Shown: positions 1-11,586 of the stretch, in pieces | How positions within the stretch are numbered: the first letter of the stretch is position 1 | Layout of the letters: every line of letters starts with the position of its first letter | DNA from: Dudresnaya verticillata | Taxonomy: Eukaryota | Direction of reading: 5' to 3' | Length of the DNA stretch: 64,000 nucleotides | Assembly (NCBI GenBank): GCA_977862235.1 | Contig: OZ374566.1 | Coordinates: 682,001 to 746,000, forward strand | The notes under the pieces: generated by a model | Seen by the model: the letters and a program-made list of their open reading frames with translations, nothing else | Database searches by the model: none | Told to the model about the DNA's origin: nothing | Made by a program: the position numbers and the translations under genes

Positions 1-1700
1 ACCCTACTCTGCGACATCGCTTGATCAGTCAGGTCCGCCAACCGTTTCGCTCGAGAACGGCAACGCAGGCAAGCAACGAGTCCCAACTGAAGGAGCCGAA
101 ACTTGTTATTGCTTCGTCAAGGACAATCTTGACTAGCCCCGTCAATGCTAGTTCTGGCGAGAAGCAGATTCAGACCCAGCCGCCAACCCAGCTTCTGCCC
201 ATAGCACAACCATCTCTAGGTGAAGGTGGGAAGAAAAGCTCGGGGATCAGTAGCATTTTAGCATCCCAGTACTTGCGCCCTGCACAGCTGCGCAATGTTG
301 CAAACAAGGTTAATCCTATTGACCCATTCCAAAACTGGATCAGCCCAGAAAATTCTGTCAAGTATTGGGAGGGCAAAGAAAGAGAAGCCTTTAACCGAGT
401 TGACTCCTTCATCAGCAGATCTGACTCGATTGAGATAGAGAAAGCAACGAGGGCAGCGATTGTGGTTATGCGAAGTAAGCAAGAAGCCACCATGGTTGCT
501 CAGACCAATTTTTCAACCTCTCAAATGGAATGGGTAGTCAGCCATGCACCTGACCCTGACGCGATTAACTGGAACATGTTTGGCATTGGTGCTCGCATGG
601 TTCTGCCGCGGAGACTGATTGCCCTCTGGCTTACTACAGCTCTTATCCTATTTTGGGTTATCCCGACAGCACTCATCCAGTCACTAGCGAATGTCCAAGA
701 GCTGAGTAAGGTTTCGGCATTCTCATGGTTGGGATTTGTGAACAATTTGGGGCCAGAGCTGTCTGGGTTTGTGGAAGGGTTGCTGCCAGCTATGGTACTG
801 GAAGCTGTGATGATAATCGTCCCGAAGTTCATTCGCCGATTTGTCTTGTTGCAGCGCATTCCATCAAAGGTTGATGTGGAAAGGGATATCTTGAAGAAGA
901 TGATTGCATTCCTGTACTTTTCTCATCTTATTTATGTTGTTCTATCTGGTTCGATCCTTGAGTACTCAGACGAGTTCATTCAGAACCCTTCAAACATAGT
1001 CAAAATCTTGTCAACCTCTATTCCAGAGCAGGGTACGTTTATGATGAATGTTGTGCTTCTTGCCGCTTTAGTACAGACTCCAATCTCTTTGCTACAGCCG
1101 ATACGGCTTTGTAAGAGATGGTTTGGGATGAGGAGAGCGTTGACGAAACGCGATCGAGAAGTGGTGAACAATGGCGATTCTACAAAGGATCATTTTGAAG
1201 AGTATGCCTTTGGGACGATATTCACCGTTCTTGGAGTGGTGTACTCAACCTTGTCACCTATTCTCCTGTTCATGGTAAGTGTGTTCTTCATTATCAGTTA
1301 CACTGTGCAGCGTTTTGCTCTCATATACACACACACGAAAGAGTGGGAGGGTTTCGCAGCGCTCCACGATATCGCCTTACAAGGAATCATGATAGGCTTG
1401 GTTCTCAAGCACACTACAATGGTGGGGCTAATGGGTCTTAATGGAACAGGTGTCCTGGCAGGTTTAGAATTCGCATGCGCAGGCGTGGTTGTTGCCCTTA
1501 TGGTCACGTACAAATCGCGAATGGCACCGGTTTTGGAACATGGCGCGCTTACTGATCTAGCCCAGTTGGATGAGTTCGATACGCTTCACCGGGGTATATC
1601 TGGGGCTGGGTCCGCTCTAAGTGAGGAGCGCAGTCTTGAGATTGCACAAGAAGCATATCGTCATCCTGGGCTGGCACCACTAGAAAGTTTTGAGGAATAG
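1..1700 (+). CDS. OSCA/TMEM63/ERD4 (CSC1-like) calcium-permeable mechanosensitive channel, 5' end outside window
   Basis: Frame is open from the window start. It has the 'W..SHAPDPDAINWNM' motif (AP.P.DI.W.N), multiple TM helices, 'GLLP', 'SIPEQGTFMMN', and 'YSTLSPILL...YTVQRFALIY', all typical of the RSN1_7TM domain. Confidence 0.9.
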   Translation, partial: PTLRHRLISQVRQPFRSRTATQASNESQLKEPKLVIASSRTILTSPVNASSGEKQIQTQPPTQLLPIAQPSLGEGGKKSSGISSILASQYLRPAQLRNVANKVNPIDPFQNWISPENSVKYWEGKEREAFNRVDSFISRSDSIEIEKATRAAIVVMRSKQEATMVAQTNFSTSQMEWVVSHAPDPDAINWNMFGIGARMVLPRRLIALWLTTALILFWVIPTALIQSLANVQELSKVSAFSWLGFVNNLGPELSGFVEGLLPAMVLEAVMIIVPKFIRRFVLLQRIPSKVDVERDILKKMIAFLYFSHLIYVVLSGSILEYSDEFIQNPSNIVKILSTSIPEQGTFMMNVVLLAALVQTPISLLQPIRLCKRWFGMRRALTKRDREVVNNGDSTKDHFEEYAFGTIFTVLGVVYSTLSPILLFMVSVFFIISYTVQRFALIYTHTKEWEGFAALHDIALQGIMIGLVLKHTTMVGLMGLNGTGVLAGLEFACAGVVVALMVTYKSRMAPVLEHGALTDLAQLDEFDTLHRGISGAGSALSEERSLEIAQEAYRHPGLAPLESFEE

Positions 1701-2154
1701 GGTTAGGTTTTGTTTGGGAGACGGGGAAGGGCAAGCAAACACAAACCCTATTTTGCATGGAACTGCCTCCTTAGAGCAGTCTATGAGCACTTGATGCATT
1801 CCCAGACCGGTTTCCAAGATTCACTGTTGAAATCTGTACATGGCAGCAGGCGGCACAAGGGGTCACCATTCTGACAACTATACATGGCTGACACCAAAAG
1901 CTGTGATTTTGGAATGCTCTGTTTGAGCTAGAAAAACAAGCCCCGACTTCAGATCTCCCGTCGCATGTATTCGTGCATGGCCAGAAGTTGCTGTCTTGAT
2001 ACCGAGCTCTGCAGTTGCCTTGACATCCTCTGACTGCTTCAGTACGACGACGATGCCCACCTCTAACAGTACTAAGGAGCACAACCCGTGAAGCAGCACA
2101 ACAAAGGGCCGTATCAGTTATTCGTTGTGCTTGGTGCACTTCTTGAATACAAAC

Positions 2155-3714
2155 ATGGAAGCTTTCGCCGCAGCCGCTGCTGTACCAATTCGCGAAGTTA
2201 GACCATCGGCTTGCGTGCTTCGTCGGCCTCGGCGCTGGTTTCCGTCGGTCGCTCTACCATTATATGTACCTTATCGTTCCCATCGCCTTCGCCACGGGTT
2301 GATTGCAACGCTCACGGACTCGTCAAGCCCCCCGTCAAGCCCCTCGCCAAGTGGAAGTCTTGTGGATACTTCTCCATCATCTGCATCGTATAGTGAAGAG
2401 GATGCCGTTCCAAGGACGTTTCAAAAGATGTTCGCAGATCAAATCCCAGCTTGGTTGCTAGGTCGATTGGAATATTTGCAATTCACTACCCCGACCCCTG
2501 TACAAGCTCGCACACTTCCTCTCGCTCTGCCGCCATCAAGTGAAGAGGCTGGTCAAGATGTCGTTATCCACGCGCAAACTGGGTCAGGGAAGACATTGGC
2601 ATACCTCTTGCCGGCGCTCTCCGCCATTGACCCTGAACGTGCCTGCACGCAAGCGTTAATCGTCGTGCCAACTCAGGAGCTAGGGATGCAGGTCTACAAG
2701 CTGCTGCGTCGCATTGTTTCTTCGTATCCTCATACCACGGATGGACAAAACGGAACAAATGATGGAAGCGAAGAAAACGAAGACCCATTGTCGGAACCGG
2801 CAAACGAGGGGACTTTCCCGGTTTTGCCAATGCTGAACCAAGCTGATTTGCGTCGACAGAAGCTGCAACTGCGAAAGACTGCTCCACGCGTAGTTGTTGG
2901 GAATCCCCGCAGAGTGGCTGAGCTTGTTGCATCTGGAAGACTCCGCTTGGACCTACTGAAAGTGCTTGTGGTAGACGAGTTCGACGCTTGTCTCCTAGAT
3001 ACGGCTACAACGCAAGCACTTCAGACAATTCTTGGAGTTCGCAATCGTGAGCGATCCCGCCAGACTATTTTGGCCAGCGCCACCGTGCCGCAACACAGGC
3101 ACTTTCTTCGCCAATGTGTCCGCCAACGCTGGACACAAGCAGATATTCAACATGTATGGGTCGAAGAGGCAAGTGGACAGCGTGTCCCTCCATCGCTTGA
3201 GCATATATACGCCCTTTGCGAAGGGCGGAAGAAGTTGGCGGCCTTGCGTGCACTTTTGGTCAGATTTAGTAAGGCGGATGATTCAACTTCAGGGCTTAGC
3301 ATAAGAGCAATGGTTTTCGTCATGCCATCACGGAGCATTGCAGAAATTGTGGATGCTCTTAACAAGAGCTTGGACGGACAGAGCGATCGCAACAGTGCTG
3401 GTACAGTTGTTGGCATCAACAATGACTTGCCTATTGTGCACCGGCGAGAAGTGATGCGGCGGTTTAGATCTGGAGAGGCCCGTGTTCTTGTGGGCACAGA
3501 TGTAGCAGCTAGAGGGCTGGATGTGCCTGACGTGTCGCATGTCTTTCACTTTGACCTTCCGACAGATCCTGACTCATATTTGCATCGTGCAGGGCGCGCT
3601 GGTCGGCTAGGAAGACCAGGTACCTCTGTTGTTCTTATTACCCCAGGAGAGCAATTCGTTATCACACGTACATCAAATGCATTAGGAATTGACTTCAAGC
3701 GAATCGGAAGGTAA
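2155..3714 (+). CDS. DEAD-box RNA helicase (DEFD variant), probably plastid-targeted (RH47/RH58-like)
   Basis: Q motif PTPVQ, AQTGSGKT, PTQEL, DEFD, SAT, TDVAARGLD and HRAGRAGR. Ser/Pro/Arg-rich N-terminus from ATG 2155 (MEAFA...) resembles a transit peptide. Confidence 0.92.
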   Translation: MEAFAAAAAVPIREVRPSACVLRRPRRWFPSVALPLYVPYRSHRLRHGLIATLTDSSSPPSSPSPSGSLVDTSPSSASYSEEDAVPRTFQKMFADQIPAWLLGRLEYLQFTTPTPVQARTLPLALPPSSEEAGQDVVIHAQTGSGKTLAYLLPALSAIDPERACTQALIVVPTQELGMQVYKLLRRIVSSYPHTTDGQNGTNDGSEENEDPLSEPANEGTFPVLPMLNQADLRRQKLQLRKTAPRVVVGNPRRVAELVASGRLRLDLLKVLVVDEFDACLLDTATTQALQTILGVRNRERSRQTILASATVPQHRHFLRQCVRQRWTQADIQHVWVEEASGQRVPPSLEHIYALCEGRKKLAALRALLVRFSKADDSTSGLSIRAMVFVMPSRSIAEIVDALNKSLDGQSDRNSAGTVVGINNDLPIVHRREVMRRFRSGEARVLVGTDVAARGLDVPDVSHVFHFDLPTDPDSYLHRAGRAGRLGRPGTSVVLITPGEQFVITRTSNALGIDFKRIGR

Positions 3715-5243
3715 TGCTGGCTTCTTTGGGATGTGAAGTGTTGATATTAGGACTTGCTTATGGCCACACTAAGTTACAAGCTGTTTCCCTCCACTTTGGC
3801 TTTCCGGTGTCTTTGGAATAGCGCGCGTAGTGCACTATATTTATTCCGAAACGCTATTTCTTGTCGCTGCTGCTGTGCCTTGTTATACCTGGAAGAGTGC
3901 GCGCGACATGCTATTGTTTGAAGCTCTGAAGAAATACTGCTGTTGGGGTCTGTATTTCTCGATCCACAGCAATACAGTATGAAGACGAAACCAAGCAAGA
4001 AATCTTTGATAACCCACTTCGCGTTTTCCCTCAAATATTCAAAACACAATAGCGATCTAAGATGGAACTCTCGTACTCTTAGCTTTGCGTGATTCGAAAG
4101 AGACACATTTTCGTACTCAAAACTCTGGCTGACCAGAAGTCTTCATTCTCTGTTATTCTTCCAATATTAATTAATGTATTGGCGAAAAGAGTTACATTCT
4201 CACCGCCACCGGAACCAATGCTCAAGCGAAGAGGGCCGAAGCTATCGGACTGAGCAGCTTGTTACAAAACTGAGAGCTGAAAACCATAGGCCCGAAGACC
4301 CTGTCGACTTGTCGCGTGCTCGCTGCATCGGGCAACACTGCTGCACATTTGTTTTGATGTGCATTTCTGATCTACTACTGTACTGCATTCTATAATCTAG
4401 CGTCTGGTTCTCGATATGAGCAATTGACTCGATATGATGACCAAGAGCGTCCGCGAGCCCTGTTTAGTTCTGTCAGATTCTGGTTTGCGCGGGTTTGCGG
4501 TTTCGCTGTTAGGCAGCTGTTGGGGTGCAGACATCGACAACAAATATGTGAACGCGATGCCCGCTTCTGGACGGAATTGTTTTGCTTACGTATTTGGTTA
4601 TGAAGCGTAGGAGTGCCGCTTGCTACTATCATACCGGACAACAAGCCATTGTGTGTTTAGCTCAAACCCTCTCTGAGAATCTTCGGCACAGTGAGAAGGA
4701 CCCCTGGGCCTCAAGTCTGTCGCTCTTGTGCGTTACATATAGAGTGGGCAGTTACTGCCAATATCTATGTCTGGCAGTAAGATGAGAGGACCTTTCAACG
4801 TGCTTGGGCCTACCCTCTGTCAGTACGGTACCGCAGAGGTTTGTTTTGGACGAAAGGGCGTGGTCTTGTTTGCACTTGGGCACTGCACATGTGCAGACTC
4901 TATGTTTACACCCAAGTGCCCAAAGCCGAGTCATGGCCCCATTTTCCAAACCCTGGTGCCTCTAGACCGTATGAGAACTCGCGCGGGCTAGGACTTGATA
5001 AATGCATCCATCGCTTTTGGGGATCTGCCCGTGAGTCTGTGGGGCAAGCGGGAATGTTGCGACGGATTATTCTTGCCGGTTGCAATATTGCCAAAACTCT
5101 GGACCCAACGTCCTCCACGCTATGGGTCGAGAAGCCGCCGATTTAGCCCCGGACCGAATGGTGGCACTGTATGTCTGACACTTTAGTCCAAAGTCCCAAA
5201 GGACATAGCAGACAAACAGCAATACAGAGTTGCGACTGTGCAG

Positions 5244-5290
5244 CCGCTGGTTTGGAATTCGCACCCGCTGGTTTGGAATTCGCACCCGCT
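5244..5290. repeat. 21-bp tandem duplication (ccgctggtttggaattcgcac x2.2)
   Basis: Exact copies at 5244-5264 and 5265-5285, plus a partial third copy. Confidence 0.9.
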
Positions 5291-5724
5291 TGTGGACTGG
5301 TGGTGTGTGGCCTTATTTCTTGAGTACCATACGCCCTGACAAGAGGCAGGAGCATCGTTTTTTTGCTTCTTGTACCGCTGGGTTTCAAACGGTTTGCTTT
5401 GTCTTAGCCATCCATTTCGGCACCAAAGTCGTCTTTCCGTTGACTGGGAAGCACGTCAGTGTTGGGCGGGCCACAGGGATAGTTTCCAGTGTCGAATCTG
5501 CACGGCATACGCCCCATGTATTCGCAGCATACTGGAGCAGCATCAGGGAGTCAGCTTTGGAGCACTTTTGCACAGCACTGGGTGCAATATCCATTGCTGT
5601 TAGACAACCCTGCACGAAGTGCAGCCATAGTTGTGCTTGAGGCTCTAAGTGAAGGTCGTGGCTGTGCGCAGTGACGGCATATCGGCGAAATCGCAAAGCC
5701 TGGCATTGATACAGAGTCACTGTC

Positions 5725-6180
5725 ATGGGTGGCTGCTTCAGCTCTAGCAGAGGTGGTGAGGCTGTGACGGTTCTGAAGAAAACCCCGTTTCCGATCATTA
5801 TCGCGTTCCCAAATTGTGCACCGTACAGCCTAACGGTCTCTCCGAACGAAAAGGTTTCCTCTATTCGTAGGCGTGTCGTCGCAGAGATGGAACGCCGAGC
5901 CGGTGCTGGTGGAGACTGGTGCAAGATAGAAGGAAAATTGGTTACAGTGGACGGCGATACTGGTGACAACGTCAACCTTCGAGATAACATGACCATTTCT
6001 GAGGCCCAACTCGAACCGAAGCAGTACCTTTGGTTCCAAGACAAGAATGAGGATACAAGAGTGCAAAACCTGCTGCTCCGAAGCTCAAGATTGACTGAGA
6101 ATACATCTCATAACAGCAGGGGTGTCAAGCAGGGCATGGCGCTGATCAAAGAAGAAGATGAAGGTGTTGAGCAATACTAA
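5725..6180 (+). CDS. Hypothetical protein with N-myristoylation/palmitoylation signal and possible ubiquitin-like fold
   Basis: Starts MGGCFSSS (G2, C4, S6). 'IIIAFP..YSLTVSPNEKVSSIRRRV...LRDNMTISEAQLEP..YLW' follows a beta-grasp pattern. Confidence 0.6.
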   Translation: MGGCFSSSRGGEAVTVLKKTPFPIIIAFPNCAPYSLTVSPNEKVSSIRRRVVAEMERRAGAGGDWCKIEGKLVTVDGDTGDNVNLRDNMTISEAQLEPKQYLWFQDKNEDTRVQNLLLRSSRLTENTSHNSRGVKQGMALIKEEDEGVEQY

Positions 6181-6481
6181 CAATTATTGACAGACGCGTT
6201 GCGTTGTACTAGGAGAGATGCCCATGACTGCGGTTTCAATGATATGACAGCAAACCTGCGACTTTCTTGCGAAGCTCCTAGAAGCGGTGAAGTAGTGGTT
6301 GTAAACAGCAATCGACCTTGCTCGCCATAAAAACAGAGCTGATTCAGCAACTACGAAGTCTATCCAATATGTCCCGTGCTGTGATGGGTATTCGCTTATG
6401 CCAGGCAAAACACGCGTCAATTGCACAAATAGGCGAGAGATTGGAAGACAAATCAGCGGGTTGGAAGTGCCTGTTGGTAAT

Positions 6482-7057
6482 CTAGATATCAACAATGACG
6501 AAGGTCTCTGCTTTCGACGGTTCGTCCCTCACAATTTGCATATTTGAGTAGGTAATAGCCTTAACCTCCGTCCCCTGGGAGTGCTTTTGTGCATCGAAAC
6601 TTCCACCTTTCGCTACAGCTTTAACACGAAACTTTTCCAAATCCAGCTTAGAGACAGCGATATGGCGCATTGCAAAGCCCTCGGTATGAAAGATGTACAG
6701 ACACTCGTCCATAAAATTATACAACAGGCTCTCCACGTCGTGCCCTTCGACTTCTAGGTCAAGCTCCTGATCAACGGAGATCTCCTCCAGCTCGACCATG
6801 TAGCCGAACATGCCGACCACTACCGCAGCAAAGGCGTCGGCCAGCGTGGCACCCCATGAATGGATCTGCACGTCCGCCGTGTGGTCCAGATACTCCCAGC
6901 CACCCGGCTGCTTGCCCGGCGCGGACGACACCGGACGTAGACCAGTAGCTGTCGCCGGGCGCTTGGAGTCACCTGCACGGTTGGAGACCACTGCTTCAGT
7001 GGTCCATGTGGCGCGCTGCGGAAGCTGCGGCCATTCTACCTTGATTACCTCCTCCAT
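6482..7057 (-). CDS. ZBTB8OS: Archease (tRNA ligase RtcB cofactor)
   Basis: WEYLDHTADVQIHSWG, LLYNFMDECLY and H.QGTEVKAITYSNMQI...VIVDI signature motifs. Confidence 0.95.
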   Translation of the reverse strand: MEEVIKVEWPQLPQRATWTTEAVVSNRAGDSKRPATATGLRPVSSAPGKQPGGWEYLDHTADVQIHSWGATLADAFAAVVVGMFGYMVELEEISVDQELDLEVEGHDVESLLYNFMDECLYIFHTEGFAMRHIAVSKLDLEKFRVKAVAKGGSFDAQKHSQGTEVKAITYSNMQIVRDEPSKAETFVIVDI

Positions 7058-7502
7058 GTTTCTGCTTGAGTTGCTTGGTGCGGAGAAGAAACGGTGGGTC
7101 CCAAGTCAATGTTCGAAGGATTTTTCCAATCAGACGTGCTCACTTTTCTCGCATGTTCGGCGAAGGTTTTCCCAGCTGCTCGCTTTCAAAGGGGCGGAAG
7201 AGGGCATGACTTCACATGAGTGCTGCGCCGTCGACAGGAAGTCCGACGAAGATCTCTATCGTGCGCCACAATGCCAGCTCCAGTGAGCTGGCGTATACCT
7301 GTTTTCTTACTGTAAGGCCATGATTCAGGTATATCTCAACCAATCAGTGTGGACAAGCAATCCTCAAAATCATTTCAGAAGAAAGGTCTCGAGGTCAGAA
7401 TGCCCTGGTCGCTGAATGCTCCTACTCCCATTCGGGACGTGCAACATGTTACCGTACTGTAGTAACCTCGCCCTCGTGTCGAAGAGGTCCTAGCTCTTGT
7501 GC

Positions 7503-7552
7503 TGAAGCAAAGACCGTCATTACGAAGGATGAAGCAAAGACCGTCATTACGA
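7503..7552. repeat. 27-bp-period tandem duplication (tgaagcaaagaccgtcattacga x2)
   Basis: Identical 23-mers at 7503-7525 and 7530-7552, just downstream of the stop of the 7571-8620 gene. Confidence 0.85.
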
Positions 7553-7570
7553 GGGAATAAGCGTTTCCTC

Positions 7571-8620
7571 CTATTCCTGTTCCCGCGAACCCGCTGCGTT
7601 CCCAGCCGCTTCTCGGTCTGGAAAGAGGTGCAACAGCTCAACATCTGCAAACCCAGCCGCTGCGGCACTAACAACCCCTCCAAGCAACACACGAAAAGGG
7701 CCAGCATCGCGAACAAGAGCCTCCAAAACCTCAACCATATGCTTCCCATCTCCTCTCCACACTTCCTCTGCGCTAGTCCCAAGCAGTACCTTCCCAAGCA
7801 TCTCTCCCGAACAGACAGCCACAACGCTCTCTGCACCCTGCTCGAGCACAAAGTACATATTCCCCCAGCCCCAGCCCCAGCCCGCACCAAACCCACCCCC
7901 ACATACCCCGCACACCCGCTCCTCCCCTCCAGGCCGTCTCATTGCCCCGCACCCACCACATACGCGCCGCACCGCGTCACGCGACGCCTCCGCAGCGTCC
8001 AGCCCGCCTTCCCGCCTCATTCGCGCCCGAGTTACACGTACCCCACCTACCTCGACCTGTTCACCTGTATGCAACGCTGCGACCTGGCGTAGCGTACCGA
8101 CGGTTCGAGGCGGAGATGCGAGTGCTATCCCAGTCCGCTGCGCCTCCGTCGCTCGAGGTCGCGGCACGGCGCGGCGCACACGCGCTGGCCACGCGCTGTG
8201 TCGTACGCCGCCGCGCTCAGCCAGCCGTGCCACGTCGCCAAGTGCCTCGTCGCGCCACTGCGCAACGCTTTTCGCAGTGCTGTCAGGAGCCTCGGGTGGC
8301 ACGCGTGTGAGAGTAGAACGCGCGCGGAAGGAGAGGTATGTTGTACGCGTCCGGTTGTCCAGGCAAGCGTACACGCTCCCCGCGTGGACAATGTCCATTA
8401 CGCGCAGCGAGGTCACGCGAATTGCGGATGAGTCCCATAGACGTAACTCCATACCCATTGGGAGTGACGAGTCCGCCAGTGACAGAACGCAAAGTTGGGT
8501 TGGACCGGATTGCAGAGTAATTGGCTTAGGTCCCTCGATGCCAAGGACTACGGCGGTTAGTGAGACTGGTCTCGGAGAGGGAGTTACAGAGGAGAGAGGC
8601 GGAGTAGCTGGTGGCGACAT
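7571..8620 (-). CDS. OB-fold/zinc-ribbon ssDNA-binding protein, SHLD2 (FAM35A)/RPA1-like
   Basis: N-terminal OB pattern 'VSLTAVVL...ITLQSGP...LSLADSS...LRLWD..A...LRVMDIV', and C-terminal CGGC-x11-CGVC inside a second OB-like region. Confidence 0.6.
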   Translation of the reverse strand: MSPPATPPLSSVTPSPRPVSLTAVVLGIEGPKPITLQSGPTQLCVLSLADSSLPMGMELRLWDSSAIRVTSLRVMDIVHAGSVYACLDNRTRTTYLSFRARSTLTRVPPEAPDSTAKSVAQWRDEALGDVARLAERGGVRHSAWPARVRRAVPRPRATEAQRTGIALASPPRTVGTLRQVAALHTGEQVEVGGVRVTRARMRREGGLDAAEASRDAVRRVCGGCGAMRRPGGEERVCGVCGGGFGAGWGWGWGNMYFVLEQGAESVVAVCSGEMLGKVLLGTSAEEVWRGDGKHMVEVLEALVRDAGPFRVLLGGVVSAAAAGFADVELLHLFPDREAAGNAAGSREQE

Positions 8621-9213
8621 TAGGCTGCTTCAAGGGTTCAAGAGTATTGCGAGGAGTCGGGACCTACACCAGGCAGGCCGACCTTCTCATCACAATGCAA
8701 CAGAGCGAATCAATGCGGAATTACCACACTGCTCAAACGCATGCCTTGCAGGTCGATTTTGAACACGATTTTTCCCGCGCTGCTGTTATGCTATCGAGGT
8801 CGAGGTCGAGACAACTTGTCGCCCTTTTCCAGTAAGAAGGTCCGTGGAGAAGAGGAAGAAAGTATTGGAAATGGCGGAACCGTTTTTACCCTTAGCAACG
8901 CAGTTAATCCCAAAGCCCTGCCCAGTGTCCCGGATGCCCCGGTTCATGCCACACGTTCTTCAGCCAAGATTTGTCCAACTTGACACCGCGCGCGGTAGCG
9001 CTCGATGCATTTTCCCCCACAAGCCTTGGCAAGGCCTTTCTGGGCTTTCTCAATGAAGACCACAAGGCTTGCATTTTGGGCCGAAGGGGTTATCTGCTCC
9101 TCCAGCCGTTCTCCGCACCTCTGCCTGCGCTATCATGCGCTACTCGTGAACCCACAACAACCTGACCACGAAAAGAGAACTGCTCTACGTTTCTGGCTCG
9201 AGAGGCTTTATAT

Positions 9214-10467
9214 TTAGACGGCAGCCTCAACAGCATACTTAACACCCACATATTCTTCGAAACGGCTCACTTCATCCGCGGACCCATAGCACACCTGCGA
9301 CCGATCCTCGCATGACTGAATCGTAATATCGAGTACTGAACCAGCGCCATTGCTCGACTTGCCTCCGGCCTTTTCAATGACGTACCCAATCGGGAGCACT
9401 TCATACAGAACCCTCAGCTTAGCCTTTGCAGATGGTGAGGCAGGATTACAGAACACACCCTTACCCTTGACGAGGATCTGGTTCACATCGGGAACCATGC
9501 CCCCAGTGTAGCGCAGCTGGTACTTCTCAGTGTAGTAATGGTCCAGCAGCTTGGCATAGCCAGGGTTATCCTGCGCAGCGCGCATGTTACCAGGAGCAAA
9601 CAGTTTCCCTTCATTGACATTGTTGAAGGCTGCGGTATGGATCCAAGAACCGTGCTTAGCGGAGAAGTCGTCAATCAGCAGGAACTCGTGGGCACCCTCG
9701 ACGCCATCAATCGCAATCGTGATAGTCGTACGTGGGCCGTAGATCGCCAGACCAGCAGCAACAAGTGAATGACCATCCTGGCCGATAAACTTATCGCCCT
9801 TCCAAACGCCGAAGATACTGCCGTGGCACAAAATGCATACATACAAAAAGCGCAAGACAAGCGTGCATACGGAAAAACAGTTAGATATTCCCTCGTCGTA
9901 AATGTCTCATGTTGCAGCATGCCTCAAACGCTAGTAGATAGAGTCCGCTTACGTTCCGACAGAGAAGTTGGTGTCAATAATAGAAGATCCATCAAGCGGG
10001 TCAAACGCGACAGCGAACTTGCCACCGGGCGTAATTGGCTTCTCGACGGGAACCTCCTCAGAGGAGGCAACCGCTACGACGCCCGAGGCCTCGAGGTTAT
10101 CGAAAATGACCTTATCGGCGAGCACGTCGATGGCGAGCTGCTCGTCACCGAAATCGTTGAAGCAAGCCATCTTGTCGCATGACGCGGTACGGATCTTGTA
10201 TGCGATTTCCTTGCAGGCAGCGAAGATGCCGCGCGTGCAGCGGCCAAGGTCCTTCTCAACGCGAATCAACCAGTCCTCCAGCGGCTCGCCTGTGGCAACC
10301 ATGGAAGGTGTACTGCGGCGCGCAATACGGGCGCGCGGCTGTGCTGCCAGACGCGCGCGCAACGGCCGCGACGCGAAGAGAGACGACGAGGACGACGAGA
10401 CAGAGCTGCGCGACGCGGGCACAGTGGAGAGGCACGGCAAGGCCGCAGCGGGGACGAAGGCTGCCAT
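9214..10467 (-). CDS. SBP: Sedoheptulose-1,7-bisphosphatase, plastid; 2 exons: 10467-9953, 9817-9214
   Basis: KIRTASC...[32 protein letters not shown] and [11 protein letters not shown] motifs. Intron 9818-9952 is GTAAG...CTAAC...CAG and restores the frame. Transit peptide MAAFV. Confidence 0.95.
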
Positions 10468-11033
10468 TTTGGTTATTGGAGGTTGTGCCTGTACGGGGAG
10501 GGATGACAGTGGGATGGTGGGACGGTCTGGGCTGGAGGCGCCGGGCGGGGTGATGAAAGTGATGGCTTTAAAGGCGGGAGTTGTTGGGTAGAGCGAGATG
10601 AAGAGCGAGAAGGCGGGTTTTGGAAATGAGGGAGACGGATTGGGCGAGGTCGTGAAGGAGTTTGTGGCTGTGGGTCACTGCCTGAGATGTGTGGTCGCTC
10701 GGAGCTTGAGGAATATTTTTGCGAACCGGCAACCCTTTTCGCCAAAATTCTATTGGCTGTGCGGGCCCTACTCGCCAGATCCGGCACCGCCAGCCATTTC
10801 CAGTTTCGGTAACGGCACCGACAAACAGCCCGCGAAGTTCATAGATACCGCCTCCACGAATCTGCATACCCGCTACAGCACCCATCCCTTTCCCAGTCAC
10901 AGGCGCGCAACATATGTCTCGTGTATCTCAAGCTACAGCAGGAGCTTCAACAGAAGCAACGCAATGCCAAGAGAACGACACCATATCTACTGCACCTCAA
11001 CAACATGTGGGCTGTACAGTGTATACCTGACTT

Positions 11034-11586
11034 CTAAATGCTGTTCGCAGAATGGTTTACGTAATCCCCGTCTGCGACACGCTTCATCTTGCTCTCATCC
11101 AACGGCCAATTGTACACATAAACCCAAGCACGGACTTTTTCTGCATCTTCACACCCCGGTATTTCAACATTAACCACCTAGTTCACGATTCAGAAAGCAA
11201 AGTCAGCACAAACCAGTTTCCGAAAGCAATGACTGTCTAGGCACAGATTTTACCTTCCAACGTACCTCTCTGCGATATTCAAAGGGCTGTTCAAAGATGC
11301 CACCAATACCTTCGTACTGGTCTAGCACGTCGAGCATAGAGAGTGCGTTGGTGACGTCAAAGATATCCCCCAGCACAACCCCACCCGAAGCGCGGACGAC
11401 ACCTGGATACATACCAATGTCCCAAAGGTCGAACCCTCGCAAAACTCCCTCGCCCACCCATTTACCACACTCGTCTAGTACATGCGGCGGGCGCATCCGA
11501 CGCGCAGGGATAGGAAGTCGCATATAGGTGCGGCGTAGAGTGCCGTACACGAACATGTAGCGAGGCTGCTCGTCGGAGGTCGTCAT
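11034..11586 (-). CDS. Gamma-glutamylcyclotransferase/AIG2-like protein; 2 exons: 11586-11266, 11177-11034
   Basis: FVYGTLR, G.YPG and LD.YEG motifs. Intron 11178-11265 (GTACG...GCTGAC...TAG) joins to exon 2, which encodes 'VRAWVYVYNW...GDY', the typical GGCT C-terminus. Confidence 0.9.

Noticed and set aside
1698..1751. Telomere-like TAGGGTT/AAACCCTA sequences
   Set aside because: Only single units forming a weak inverted repeat in a 3'UTR, not a telomeric array.
3774..5240. Short ORFs between the helicase and the 5725 gene
   Set aside because: No recognisable motifs or consistent splice model. They could be decayed sequence but are unsupported.
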